In this document: in pieces, positions 12,301-19,500 of the stretch | How positions within the stretch are numbered: position 1 is the stretch's first letter | How the letters are laid out: the number at the start of each line of letters is the position of its first letter | Virus record (IMG/VR): IMGVR_UViG_3300031519_000018 | Location: 7,511 to 71,510 of that record | Length of the DNA stretch: 64,000 nt | Strand: one strand, 5' to 3' | Source of the DNA: a virus | Lineage: Duplodnaviria > Caudoviricetes | Program-made: the position numbers and the translations under genes | The notes under the pieces: model-generated | Told to the model about the DNA's origin: nothing | Database searches by the model: none | The model's input: only the letters and a program-made list of their open reading frames with translations

Positions 12301-12378
12301 GTCTAAACCCATACTAGAAGCAGCGGCGTTAGCCTCTTCATCTGTGTATTTTTTGTCACCTACTATATAATCTGGCAT
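3316..12378 (-). CDS. Giant (3020 aa) multidomain internal virion / DNA-ejection-type protein with zincin HExxH and HAD phosphatase domains
   Basis: Position downstream of tail genes; AQHEILHAVL...EELL; VFDFDDTL / LTARP / FADD HAD motifs. Confidence 0.7.
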   Translation of the reverse strand: MPDYIVGDKKYTDEEANAAASSMGLDLSSWEKSFGARVVAGNQSDPANAEANAGSENNQASENQEESGGFGNPSSSDLLLIEGKDFEVYNKNQNGDNFTDSFPGSRTDAIDPPAYQLELEDEFKNNPGDPVFFGDPYVAFLKNKLENLEDPNGSSGVFMVTKKSYLENEIKRIGHEYAVQQNEDLIENDDKYETNSYNDVTARIKEVDDKINELDKRYYDPNSENPIDEEFYNLRKQGYDDEKADIVELLPLYARKAYEESNLILQKISTTNTGEANSAGFSITSELDGKEDIELTKEVKNEILNQVHGEENRRTKLRLIGSVTDEAVSETMGVEQKEMLINNAKMSVLSEAGKRASFDMELLQNNLFASVDSVEEVTQAQIDEYNIEAEAIQNKYYNLAAQYDFDLSKKAFMSDNFEMTTEFKEWRDKKIQDGEFLASSGDFVATIGQGLRDFGTEYLYGTASMANRLILYGVTKLGVDTQASYDRLNYVDDLVDSSFLKNNAFGTSDIGGSLWEDGVNVRSSFKTLGNMLPFTLALAASVKKGDVRKLKDVYKMFGKKKDGLQWGNIGVTVPKLKVGGKVLLEGGKKNLGGIGMNTLRMGQVAYMGTIRDNYNEAIDMGLTEGQALAYSNMASFATSVVQGIMPDANFFNTKAGKGLLEAFKGNLSKAANAKAIKEVSKQFANNLIGEIGEEEMELLLTDMAKLTVGLSNETGFLDLQTQFETVMGTIILSGSTSVATSTVGGGYANIQKQVYTEMRANVNGVMESLKANKEYSENIYNRAKAAGKTELMNRAKQDMDAADKALQHGNDIKNAITLGGEFVTDAEINLYIEKQKLLDAKKGMGDSSTATIEMTGADGAEYTFTGDLQGINERISQIDGEITSGQVAQNKDEISRKTTEASEKTAKKLGIDTNTYEDDEDLTVENAKTADQKVKDRIAEINAALPTRNKGKKEDEQDKEVSVKRVGDNGFVVQYKDGTQEIIINKTKSEKNSETTVAQHEILHAVLNETLMKNPKAAQAMAGVLKDQVDNMIARGYDPSSYLSAKLQAYKNNSADVQAEELLTFFSDGMAQGFIGFEENLFTKLKDTLRQTFQNLGIKGIEFNTGQDVYNFLKDYNKSMASGKGIRGSILNVAKKGAKGSLVNGLGAQTALERNVNQTFNTKAKGYGSAIVNFYTPYIKQAIFGSNKSLYGNKALVGEVRGFQAKILDIVKNHNKYDPISLTDKIGRLFGPTGTSENTKSSKDLYSTTEMIMGLDESMSEDQRIDHMSDMSESQKTRLGQLVGYEYTNEVKRRLRKFSKIPGFKAVEESILADITYGTTKTGKSGREVKVQGIVGIVERYSGSIELNRWINGQLDNKIQGIVESYNLGKEVDGFSEKSGKSPTIKKGKYTNIIKTNAVPSFAVKKLKETVIKVVRVLKTSVFKQTSKNVTIAPWVREFKKEIGNQNDIVFKELMGGLKNNKFSNYLLKNKKTILENMTTTWLGTAIPIAVQKKVDGKWTTEWQGRKIDFESSAETGRTSGLEMVKRNINISDKQFLSYFGEVVGPDGNLSLKSLTRGRKESLAKAMAEETGLEMIANDNEVFSELNKNQEIVNVASASIDILDIGRDIERGNSKSNKSAAVVQEALLNMMDQAIVNGGSSDAYLMYKSEQPNDIQAYADEIGLGTYFDEGKTGFKKPLIEWKDMPVLFGPAVETYKKSITNKNQEASMEQLAKFSSALIDILPPELVDAVGDDMFSITYSYLDGAKKKADGKPGKYYDLAKKRKAKGDQDSDTQLSFNPSDIRIFNSASGVMKQITTILKKNKTAAEKQAEIEDKFGDIIAKAEVANIEALKYIMNKATELIAKNPSLAPGFMRWLESSTSNVKAQRGLTRLPLIQYVDGSMEADENHIFYAQAREFAIDRSTKMYEKQTAKFKRENTLDEFINQRLEKHPPEKHLKFKGEHVDPAANVMLDLAKVALKTAATIHRMGLANKPKQLHAINTFAELEMDKILSSYNQTLGAELFSAIQDDALGTTSKLGDFRGLTVDPDSYNTFLTSEGLQAIEYIKRQNLSIDFINKIISKTNVENYINNQNRADALNAALDPNKDTKGISVFDFDDTLAQTKSNVLYTLLDGTTGKIDATQFAAQSTDLESKGAKFDFSEFSQVIDGKKGPLADLALKRQGKFGTGDIFVLTARPQASDVAIQKFLKEIGLDIKIENITGLADGNAQAKADWIIGKAADGYNDFYFADDAIKNVKAVKDALSVLDVKGDVQLAIVKSNKSRSQEFNEMLEARTGINAVKTFSKSKGEMVGRNKGRFRYFLPPSAEDFMGMMYDFLGKGKKGDADKKWIEDNLMKPYSRGVANIERAKQAIQTSYNALRSEFKDVKKKLGKQIPNIGYTYDQAVRAYLYTKAGHKIPGLSKTDLNELLSIVNGDQRLKLFADSVGLISNQKQGYTSPGEYWLTGSIASDLNNITEKIGRKEFIKEFIENSKEIFSEENLNKIEAAYGKNFRESLEDILYRMENGTNRTFGKNKLVNKWSNWLNNSVGAIMFFNMRSALLQTLSTVNFINWTDNNPAKAALAFANQPQYWKDFATIFNSDKLKQRRKGLKTDVNEAELANAMAGSKNKAQAAFQYLLKIGFTPTQIADSFAIASGGATMYRNRIKTYMKQGMDQKQAEDKAWEDFSMLAEETQQSSDPSLISAQQAGPLGRFVLAFQNTPMQYNRLIKKAARDLINGRGDWKTNVSKIAYYGAIQNFIFSAMQKALFSMLFEDEEERCEGLEGKKLEACQNKEWKVDIGNSMADSILRGSGLYGAVGATLKNAIRQFRKQEKKGFTADHTYTILELVNLSPPLGSKLRKVYNAIQTYRFEKDVIKERGLALDSPSWSVIGNLVSGGTNVPLDRLVKKFNNIKAALDERNAIWKRAFFAFGWNTWDLGAEPNETHEQIKTDAKAKRKEQGKIKAKETRDLKKIEKARVLAEMDPLERAKLEAEEKKKRSDAAKKGAATRKENKRIKDSITRSTILQRNRKLIEEYNKKKKQ

Positions 12379-12389
12379 ATTATTTTAAT

Positions 12390-13553
12390 TTAATTTATTA
12401 ACCAATCTTGTGCGTCCTTTTCGTCATATATAACAACGGTTGGATCTAGAGCTCCATTTCTAACAGCTGTAGCCATTGGTGGATCACCCACCCAAACTAT
12501 AGACTTACCACCAGAACCTTGAACAACTTTACCTGCTATAGGTGCATTTGCTATTTCTCTATATCTATCCATAGCCGCTCCTCTTTGTTTACGCGCTCTT
12601 CTTTGACCTACACTTTCTTTAGGTCGTGATTTTATATCTTTTTTTCTTGCGGCGTCTGCTGCTACTGTTTTTAAACTTTCAAGATAGGTATTAGACAACC
12701 ATGTTCTTAATTGTTGTTCATTTTCTACTTCTAATAACAAAGGATCAAAACCTTCATTGTCAATTAGCGGAGTATCATTTATAACAGTGTCATACATCAT
12801 GGACATTAGATCTTCTCTACCCATAGTGTTAAACATACCGTTTAATTGATATTTATAGCTATCCTCTAGTCCGCCTTCTATTTTTGTGGCCCCAGTGTTT
12901 GCTTTATCTGTTAAAGTCATTAGCGAGTTATAGCCCTCGTTGTTTACTAGAAAGTAATTATACTCCGTGTCTTCGTCAAAGTCTGACAAAGGAACATACT
13001 CACCATCGTTTTCAACTGACAACGCTCCATATTCATCTATAGTTATACTGTATTCGCTGTTTTTAAACAAAGAGTTTAAAGCGTCTGTGTTAGAACCCTT
13101 ACTTATAGTATTGTTTTTTACGTCATCATAATACTCTGTTCTTTTCTTTTTAAATAAATCCAAGTTTTCACTTAGATTCTTAAAAGTTGAGTTTATTTTA
13201 TTCATCTCAGCAACGGCTTGCGAATACATAGGGTCGTCAGGATCTGCATCAGAGGCCATTCTAGCAGCTTCAGCATAGTTATTTTTATTATCAATCAAGA
13301 ATTGAGTTACTTCAGGTCTCATAGATTCTTCAACCTTAGCTAACTGTATGTCCTCCATTTTGTTAACATAATTCTTTAACTCAACTTCATCTTGCTTACG
13401 TTTGTAAGCAGCTTCTTGCATTGCTGCTCTACCTATTTCAGACATGGGCGCGTTCATACCCTGTACGTAACCAGCTTGAGGATTGACAAACCCACCTGTT
13501 TGACCGCCTCCGTAAGCTAAACTAGCTCCTTTTATTAATGTATCGTTTCCCAT
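12390..13553 (-). CDS. Putative internal virion (ejection) protein
   Basis: Helical, acidic 387 aa ORF directly before the giant protein. Confidence 0.5.
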   Translation of the reverse strand: MGNDTLIKGASLAYGGGQTGGFVNPQAGYVQGMNAPMSEIGRAAMQEAAYKRKQDEVELKNYVNKMEDIQLAKVEESMRPEVTQFLIDNKNNYAEAARMASDADPDDPMYSQAVAEMNKINSTFKNLSENLDLFKKKRTEYYDDVKNNTISKGSNTDALNSLFKNSEYSITIDEYGALSVENDGEYVPLSDFDEDTEYNYFLVNNEGYNSLMTLTDKANTGATKIEGGLEDSYKYQLNGMFNTMGREDLMSMMYDTVINDTPLIDNEGFDPLLLEVENEQQLRTWLSNTYLESLKTVAADAARKKDIKSRPKESVGQRRARKQRGAAMDRYREIANAPIAGKVVQGSGGKSIVWVGDPPMATAVRNGALDPTVVIYDEKDAQDWLIN

Positions 13554-13562
13554 TTTTTTATA

Positions 13563-14201
13563 TTATCTATTATCTATCATGTCTCCACCAGCTCCTACTA
13601 TAGAACCAACTCCTCCCATTATAGATTGTGTAGCCGCGTCTCTAGCTGCGTTAGCCGCGCCTAATCTTTGCTGCGACATACCTAATAATGTTTCTGTTTT
13701 ATCTTTTTCTTGTTGCCTAGAATCTTTTTCTCCAGCCATTTCAGCGTTTTGAATACTCATTCTTCCACCTGCAGCTTTCATTTGATTAGATTGTTCTTGT
13801 TGGCCTATACTAACAGATGCTTGTTGCGCTTGTTGATTTCCAGCACCAGCTAAAGCTTGAGCCATAGCCGCAATACCAGATCCTCCAGCTGCAGAGCTCA
13901 TGCTACCCATTGTGTTAGCCATGTTTTGTTGAGATTGTTCTCTAGCAAAATCAGCGGCTCCAGTGTTAACCGTCAAGTCTTCGTAAGCGTTGTCTAGGTT
14001 GTTAGCTATATTAGATGTATCTAGATTTGTAAACCTAGCTTTGTTTCTTTGCATCTCTGCTTGAGCTGCTCTTTGTTCGCTTTTTCTTTTACCACTACCG
14101 ATAATACCACCAGCAATACCCATTAGGCCACCAGCAGCTTGAGCCATCATACCCCCAGTTAATACTTTTAGAGGTGATTTTTTATATAATCCTTGTGCCA
14201 T
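13563..14201 (-). CDS. Putative pilot/ejection protein (Ala/Gly/Gln/Met-rich)
   Basis: Composition and position typical of podovirus ejection proteins; N-terminal KSPLK. Confidence 0.55.
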   Translation of the reverse strand: MAQGLYKKSPLKVLTGGMMAQAAGGLMGIAGGIIGSGKRKSEQRAAQAEMQRNKARFTNLDTSNIANNLDNAYEDLTVNTGAADFAREQSQQNMANTMGSMSSAAGGSGIAAMAQALAGAGNQQAQQASVSIGQQEQSNQMKAAGGRMSIQNAEMAGEKDSRQQEKDKTETLLGMSQQRLGAANAARDAATQSIMGGVGSIVGAGGDMIDNR

Positions 14202-14234
14202 TTTATTTATTGTTTATCTTATTATAATTACAGG

Positions 14235-14576
14235 TTATTTACTACTTTCAAATATTTCTGATCCAACTGAAAATAATTCAACCTCTATTGTTTTATCGTT
14301 TCTAAACTGAGCCTCAGCGTAGTATCCTTTCAAGTTAGAAGTATTACCTCTAGCTTCTTTTGTAAAGAATATATAACTAGTGTTTGTTGGTGGTGATGTT
14401 TGAGTATCTATTTGAGCCACAACAGACACGGATCCATTTGCGTTTATAGTTATATTTGTAATAACACCTATTTCAACAATAGTGTCATTAGCTCCAGCAT
14501 AATACAACGTATCTCCAATTTGTAAAGACACGTTGACTGCTGTTGGGAAGGTTAGTGTTATTGCTTGTGTAGGCAT
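14235..14576 (-). CDS. Structural/tail-associated protein
   Basis: Beta-rich ORF within tail module. Confidence 0.55.
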   Translation of the reverse strand: MPTQAITLTFPTAVNVSLQIGDTLYYAGANDTIVEIGVITNITINANGSVSVVAQIDTQTSPPTNTSYIFFTKEARGNTSNLKGYYAEAQFRNDKTIEVELFSVGSEIFESSK

Positions 14577-14586
14577 ATTTTATTTA

Positions 14587-16596
14587 TTAAGGTGTACAAG
14601 TTAGATTTGTTAATGTTATTGTTGCTCCACCATCACCTGGATCAGTACTGGTTGGGGATTGTCTAGTAGCGCATTGCGTTGTTGCTGTTGCTCCATATCC
14701 AATACTTACTGTTTCTTCTATTAAAGTTACACAGTTTATATATTTAACATCTATAAATTTAGCTAAAGGTTTTGCAGGATTATATACTATACTCCAAGTT
14801 GCACATGTTTGATCAACACCAGTGCTGTCACACGTATCTCCATTAGCAGACACAGACAAAGATCCTAATGAATCAACATCTGGCGCTGGACTGTTTAACG
14901 CACATATGGAAAAATTACTATCTCCTTTGTTTACGTATATTGTTCTTAACGTTTTTGTTATACAATCATAATACTTAATGCTTCCACCTCTTGCTCCAAC
15001 AACTACATCATATTCCACACAATTGTTAGCGCTACCAACAGATAATAAACCTAGCAAGTCTAAATTAAAGGTTTGATTAGTATCACCGTATTTGTCAACG
15101 TAACCATCTAATGTAACTGTAGCAACCGTAAGACTAGTGTCTAAAGTTGCCTCAGCATCTAAGTATAGCTCTGTTCCTTTTCTACTATTAAATAAAACTA
15201 TTTGATCGTTAATAAGCGATACAGCTGCGCCACTTATAGTAACATTGTTTCCTGATATAGCTGTTATTGTTCTATATCCTTGTATGTAGTTATCTATAGG
15301 CTCCGATCTCATGCCAACAACAAGCCCAACAACACTATCAAAAGGTAATACGTTAGTATTAGTTATAGCTGATGATAATTGTTGAGGTATATCTGGATAG
15401 TTTGAAAAAATAGGAGCGCCAGGGTTATCTAAAGATAAAACTTGTCCACTAGAACCTTGAACTGTCCAAGTGTAGCTCACATCATATGCGGTTCCGTTTA
15501 CCACCGGTGTAGACAAAGCAGGGAATGTTTTAACAAGTGAAGTAGGAGTGCTTGTTACGGCTAAACCAGTTCCGCTAGCCGTAAAAGTTAAACTAACGTC
15601 ATTGTATTGATACAAACATACAGGGTTTATTTGAGCAAAAGGTGATGTTAAGTTTCCACCACCTAAGGTTAGGCAGTAGGTAGCAGAGGAGCTTGAAGCT
15701 GGTATAGTTATATCAATGTCAAAATACCCAACTGAAGGTATAGTCAACGTTGGTGTCGTAGTGTATGTCAAAAGAACTTCGCTAGCGTTGTATGTTTCAA
15801 AACTCAATATAGCTCCGTTGTTAGAAGCTAGCGTAAATGTTGCTGTTGGCGCTCCAAATATTCTTATTGATCTAAAGCTACCAGCCGGTCCAATGTTAGT
15901 TGTGTTTAGGTTGTATCCAGTAATTTTTACAAGTTCAACTTTTATTGCCTTTGTAGCAGGTACTGTAACTCTAATAATTTCTTGAGACACAGAGTTAGAA
16001 GGAAACGTGTAATAAAACTTTAAGTTAATAGAAGTTAATCTACCACTAGAGTCTATGGTTTTAGTTTCAACACAGTTATACCTATCTTCCGCGTCGTTTA
16101 ACTCATATTCTATTAAAAAGTCTTGAGCAAAATAATACCCATTAGCAGCTGTATATGTTTTTTCTATTATAAATATCTCAGAACCAGTTAAACCCGTAGC
16201 GCTGTAAGATATAGATTCTGGAACTGAACTATTAGAAACAATAGCCATGTTTGTTGAAACTCCTAAAGCTTTATAATTACCTTCTATAGACACTCTAGCT
16301 TTTATAGCTGCTCCATTTATACATAAGCTTCTAACGGTATTAGCACCTGGCATGTTGAAAGGGTTATCAAAAGTAACAGTACAGGTGATATTTAAACCAC
16401 TTTGAGTAAAAACAACTGTAGCTATATTTGCTAAATTAGGATTTCCCCAGGTAAAATCTTCAGCCGTAACGCTGTACCCAGGGTTAGGTGTTATAGTTAA
16501 AACCGCAGTAGGGTGTAGAGTATGAACATTTGCTCCAGCTGCAACTGAATATGTTACGTTTGTTATCGTGTAATTGTTGTGTGATTGTGTAGCCAT
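14587..16596 (-). CDS. Tail-associated beta-rich structural protein with Cys-containing C-terminal modules
   Basis: Thr/Ser-rich Ig-like segments; 669 aa. Confidence 0.55.
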   Translation of the reverse strand: MATQSHNNYTITNVTYSVAAGANVHTLHPTAVLTITPNPGYSVTAEDFTWGNPNLANIATVVFTQSGLNITCTVTFDNPFNMPGANTVRSLCINGAAIKARVSIEGNYKALGVSTNMAIVSNSSVPESISYSATGLTGSEIFIIEKTYTAANGYYFAQDFLIEYELNDAEDRYNCVETKTIDSSGRLTSINLKFYYTFPSNSVSQEIIRVTVPATKAIKVELVKITGYNLNTTNIGPAGSFRSIRIFGAPTATFTLASNNGAILSFETYNASEVLLTYTTTPTLTIPSVGYFDIDITIPASSSSATYCLTLGGGNLTSPFAQINPVCLYQYNDVSLTFTASGTGLAVTSTPTSLVKTFPALSTPVVNGTAYDVSYTWTVQGSSGQVLSLDNPGAPIFSNYPDIPQQLSSAITNTNVLPFDSVVGLVVGMRSEPIDNYIQGYRTITAISGNNVTISGAAVSLINDQIVLFNSRKGTELYLDAEATLDTSLTVATVTLDGYVDKYGDTNQTFNLDLLGLLSVGSANNCVEYDVVVGARGGSIKYYDCITKTLRTIYVNKGDSNFSICALNSPAPDVDSLGSLSVSANGDTCDSTGVDQTCATWSIVYNPAKPLAKFIDVKYINCVTLIEETVSIGYGATATTQCATRQSPTSTDPGDGGATITLTNLTCTP

Positions 16597-19500
16597 TATA
16601 GAGTATTCATAGTAGTTATATGTGTAACAATTCCGTTTTCAAATGTATAAAACTTCCAAGAGCTATCTAGAGAAGCCCAGCCAGCGTCTGTTTTTAAGTA
16701 ATTACTTGGTATTGAATTATAAGACCAATAATTACCAACTGGCGCAGAAGTTATATTATGTGCAAATATTCCATCCGTTGTAAGAGCACCTATATCGTTG
16801 TGAAGTTGCGATCCAACAACCAAGCCTTGACTACCAGAGTACTTGTATACGTCCCATTGTTTAACAATATCCGCACTTCCTACATTAGCTAGTATACCAG
16901 TTGTTAAGAAAGTTTTTAATTGTGTTTTTGCTAAAGCAGCTCTACCAGACGGTGTTGTATGTTGAGCAGCTGAACCGGTTAGAAGACTTGTAATACTAGA
17001 TCTATATCTGTAACCTACAAACAAAGGAAAGTCTACAGCTACAGTGGGTGTACCACAACCAGCTAAAGTATTATATTGAGTTTTAGCAGTTATAACACCA
17101 TCAACAATGGTTATTATAAAATAGGTGTTAGGCACAGTTGTACCACTTACGTTAGCGTTTAAAGCATCGTTGCTTGGGGTTTCGGCTGGCGCTATGTACA
17201 AGAACTTACCGTTATCACTTATTATTTCATTATTTTCATTATACAGTGTTGAGTTAACGTTTATACCGGCAGAGTTGAAATATCTAAAATCAAAAGCGCT
17301 TTTAGCAATATTAGTATATCCATTAGGAAACTGGTTGTAAAAAAACTCAATACCACATTTAACTAATTGATCTGAGCTTAGGCTTCTTATGTCTACCTCT
17401 TGACCGCTGCCTGGTTTAGTGCAACTCCAGTAATACCAAAACTTTGCAATCTGTTCTGGCAACGCACTACCACCATCACCTGTTCCACTACAACTAGTGT
17501 CTAGGTTTATTGTCAAGTTAAAAGCACTAGGAGCGCTAGAAGTTATAGTTGCAAAACCTAAACCTTGAGTTGGAAATGCGCTAGAATCTATATTGTTGTC
17601 GCAATTATCTTTATAAAAAGTATTTAAACCTTTTATTTTATTAAAGTATTTGTTTTCTTTTTTAACAAACTCTTTTATCTGACCTTCTTCCATGTCAGTG
17701 TTAATGTAATTAGTATACCAGCCCGGTGTAAAAGCTTCACTGTTTATAGTGCTAGGAGTTATTTGCTGGTCAACAACTTGGGCTATACTTAAGCCACTCA
17801 AGCCAGAGGTTGTCCCATAGGTATACTTTCTAGAATCTGTACCAGAGTAGTTTAATGTTTTAAATCCTTTTATAGACTCAGTAACATCGTTTATTACTAC
17901 GTTTACAGATGTATCATATTGTGTTCCATAGAAGTTATTATAAACACTATTAGAAGCATGCTCCCATATTAGCCCTTTGTTAAAAGTGTAATAAGTATCG
18001 TTTAAAGAAACTCCGCTTTCTAATGGATAAACAATAGATCCTGACTTAGAATAGTATGATTTTCTACTAGTCCAACCATTAACTGTTTCTTTAAAGGAAA
18101 CTGTAGTAGTTTCTATATCGTCTGATTCATCATTTGGAACCTCACAGTTCGTTCTGTCTTTAGGTGTTTTAGAAAACTTATCTTGCCACTCTTCAGTTAA
18201 AACATCTAGTGTTACATTGTAGTTTTCTTTATCATCATTATAACTACCGACTATCTTAGTACAATTAGGTAGATTGTCAGCAAAAAAGTCTGACATACCA
18301 TACAAAGCTATATTAGTTATACCGTCTTGAGATAATCTAATTACGGCACCTCTGTTTTTATCAGTAAAATAACTTCTAAATCCATATTTCGCAAAGCTCT
18401 CTGGGTTAGTGCTAATTCCAAACTCACCAGCAAATGGTTGAGCTTGGCCTAACACAGCTTTGTTAGACGTTATATTAGTACTGCCGTCAGCGTTAAATAG
18501 AGCGTCTTTGTTAGCTAATATACTTAAACACTTATCTTCACACAACGTAACTAAGTTAGTGTTTCTAGAGTGTAGTTTTTGTATTGAACCATACTCCGGG
18601 TTAAGATCTTTAGTTATTGGTTCTGCTTGTATAAATTGGTTTAATCTATTAATACCAGAAGTTGAGTTGTATATTTGAGAGAATATAAGGCCACTAGATC
18701 TTCTTTCCTCCATATAAGGTTCGTCTAGTATTGTAGATACTTTTACGCCTTTACCTATAGTAGGAGCATTGAAGTCGTCTCTAATACGGTCAGACTCAAC
18801 ACCATTGCCAAAACTATAGCAATTATAATAATCTAATATGTTTGTTTTAGAGTTAGTGCTCGATATATCAGATATAGGTAGTGCACAACTTGCCTCGTAA
18901 TATAAATCTATATCTACAGCTTCTTTAGGTTCTGTTTCAAAAACAGCAGGATTAGTACTAGTTAAGATAGAGTTATTGTCTCCAATTATCTCTTCAACAA
19001 TTTGGTAACCTAAAATGTTTCCCATGGCGCTAACGGATCCGTCGCCAACCCAGTCTTCACTTATTGGCTCCTTCAGCTCTAAAGCTAATACTGTACGTTT
19101 GTTAGTCCAATCAGAACTTTGATTATTTTCGCATCCATTATTAAATGGGATAAGAACTGGTCTTCTGCAACCTCTTCTGTTAACATTTCTCCAGTGGTAT
19201 TTTATTTCATATGGTTCAGTTACTCTACCATCTTTATGAACTACTCTAAACAATGCCCCAGATACAGCTGCGTTCTTCATAAACTCATTTGTTTCTGTTC
19301 CTATTTCTACATCACCTCCGTTGTATACGCTGTTAAAGTTACCAGCCCCAACGAATATAACTCCAGCCATAACGCTATCTGTTTTTACACCTTGCTTATA
19401 AACCATTCTCATTCTAGATCTTGGCTCACCATTCGCTATAGAGTTTGAAGGTATTCCTTGTCCGCCTGGAGCATAATTACCAGCAGCCGAACCATTACCC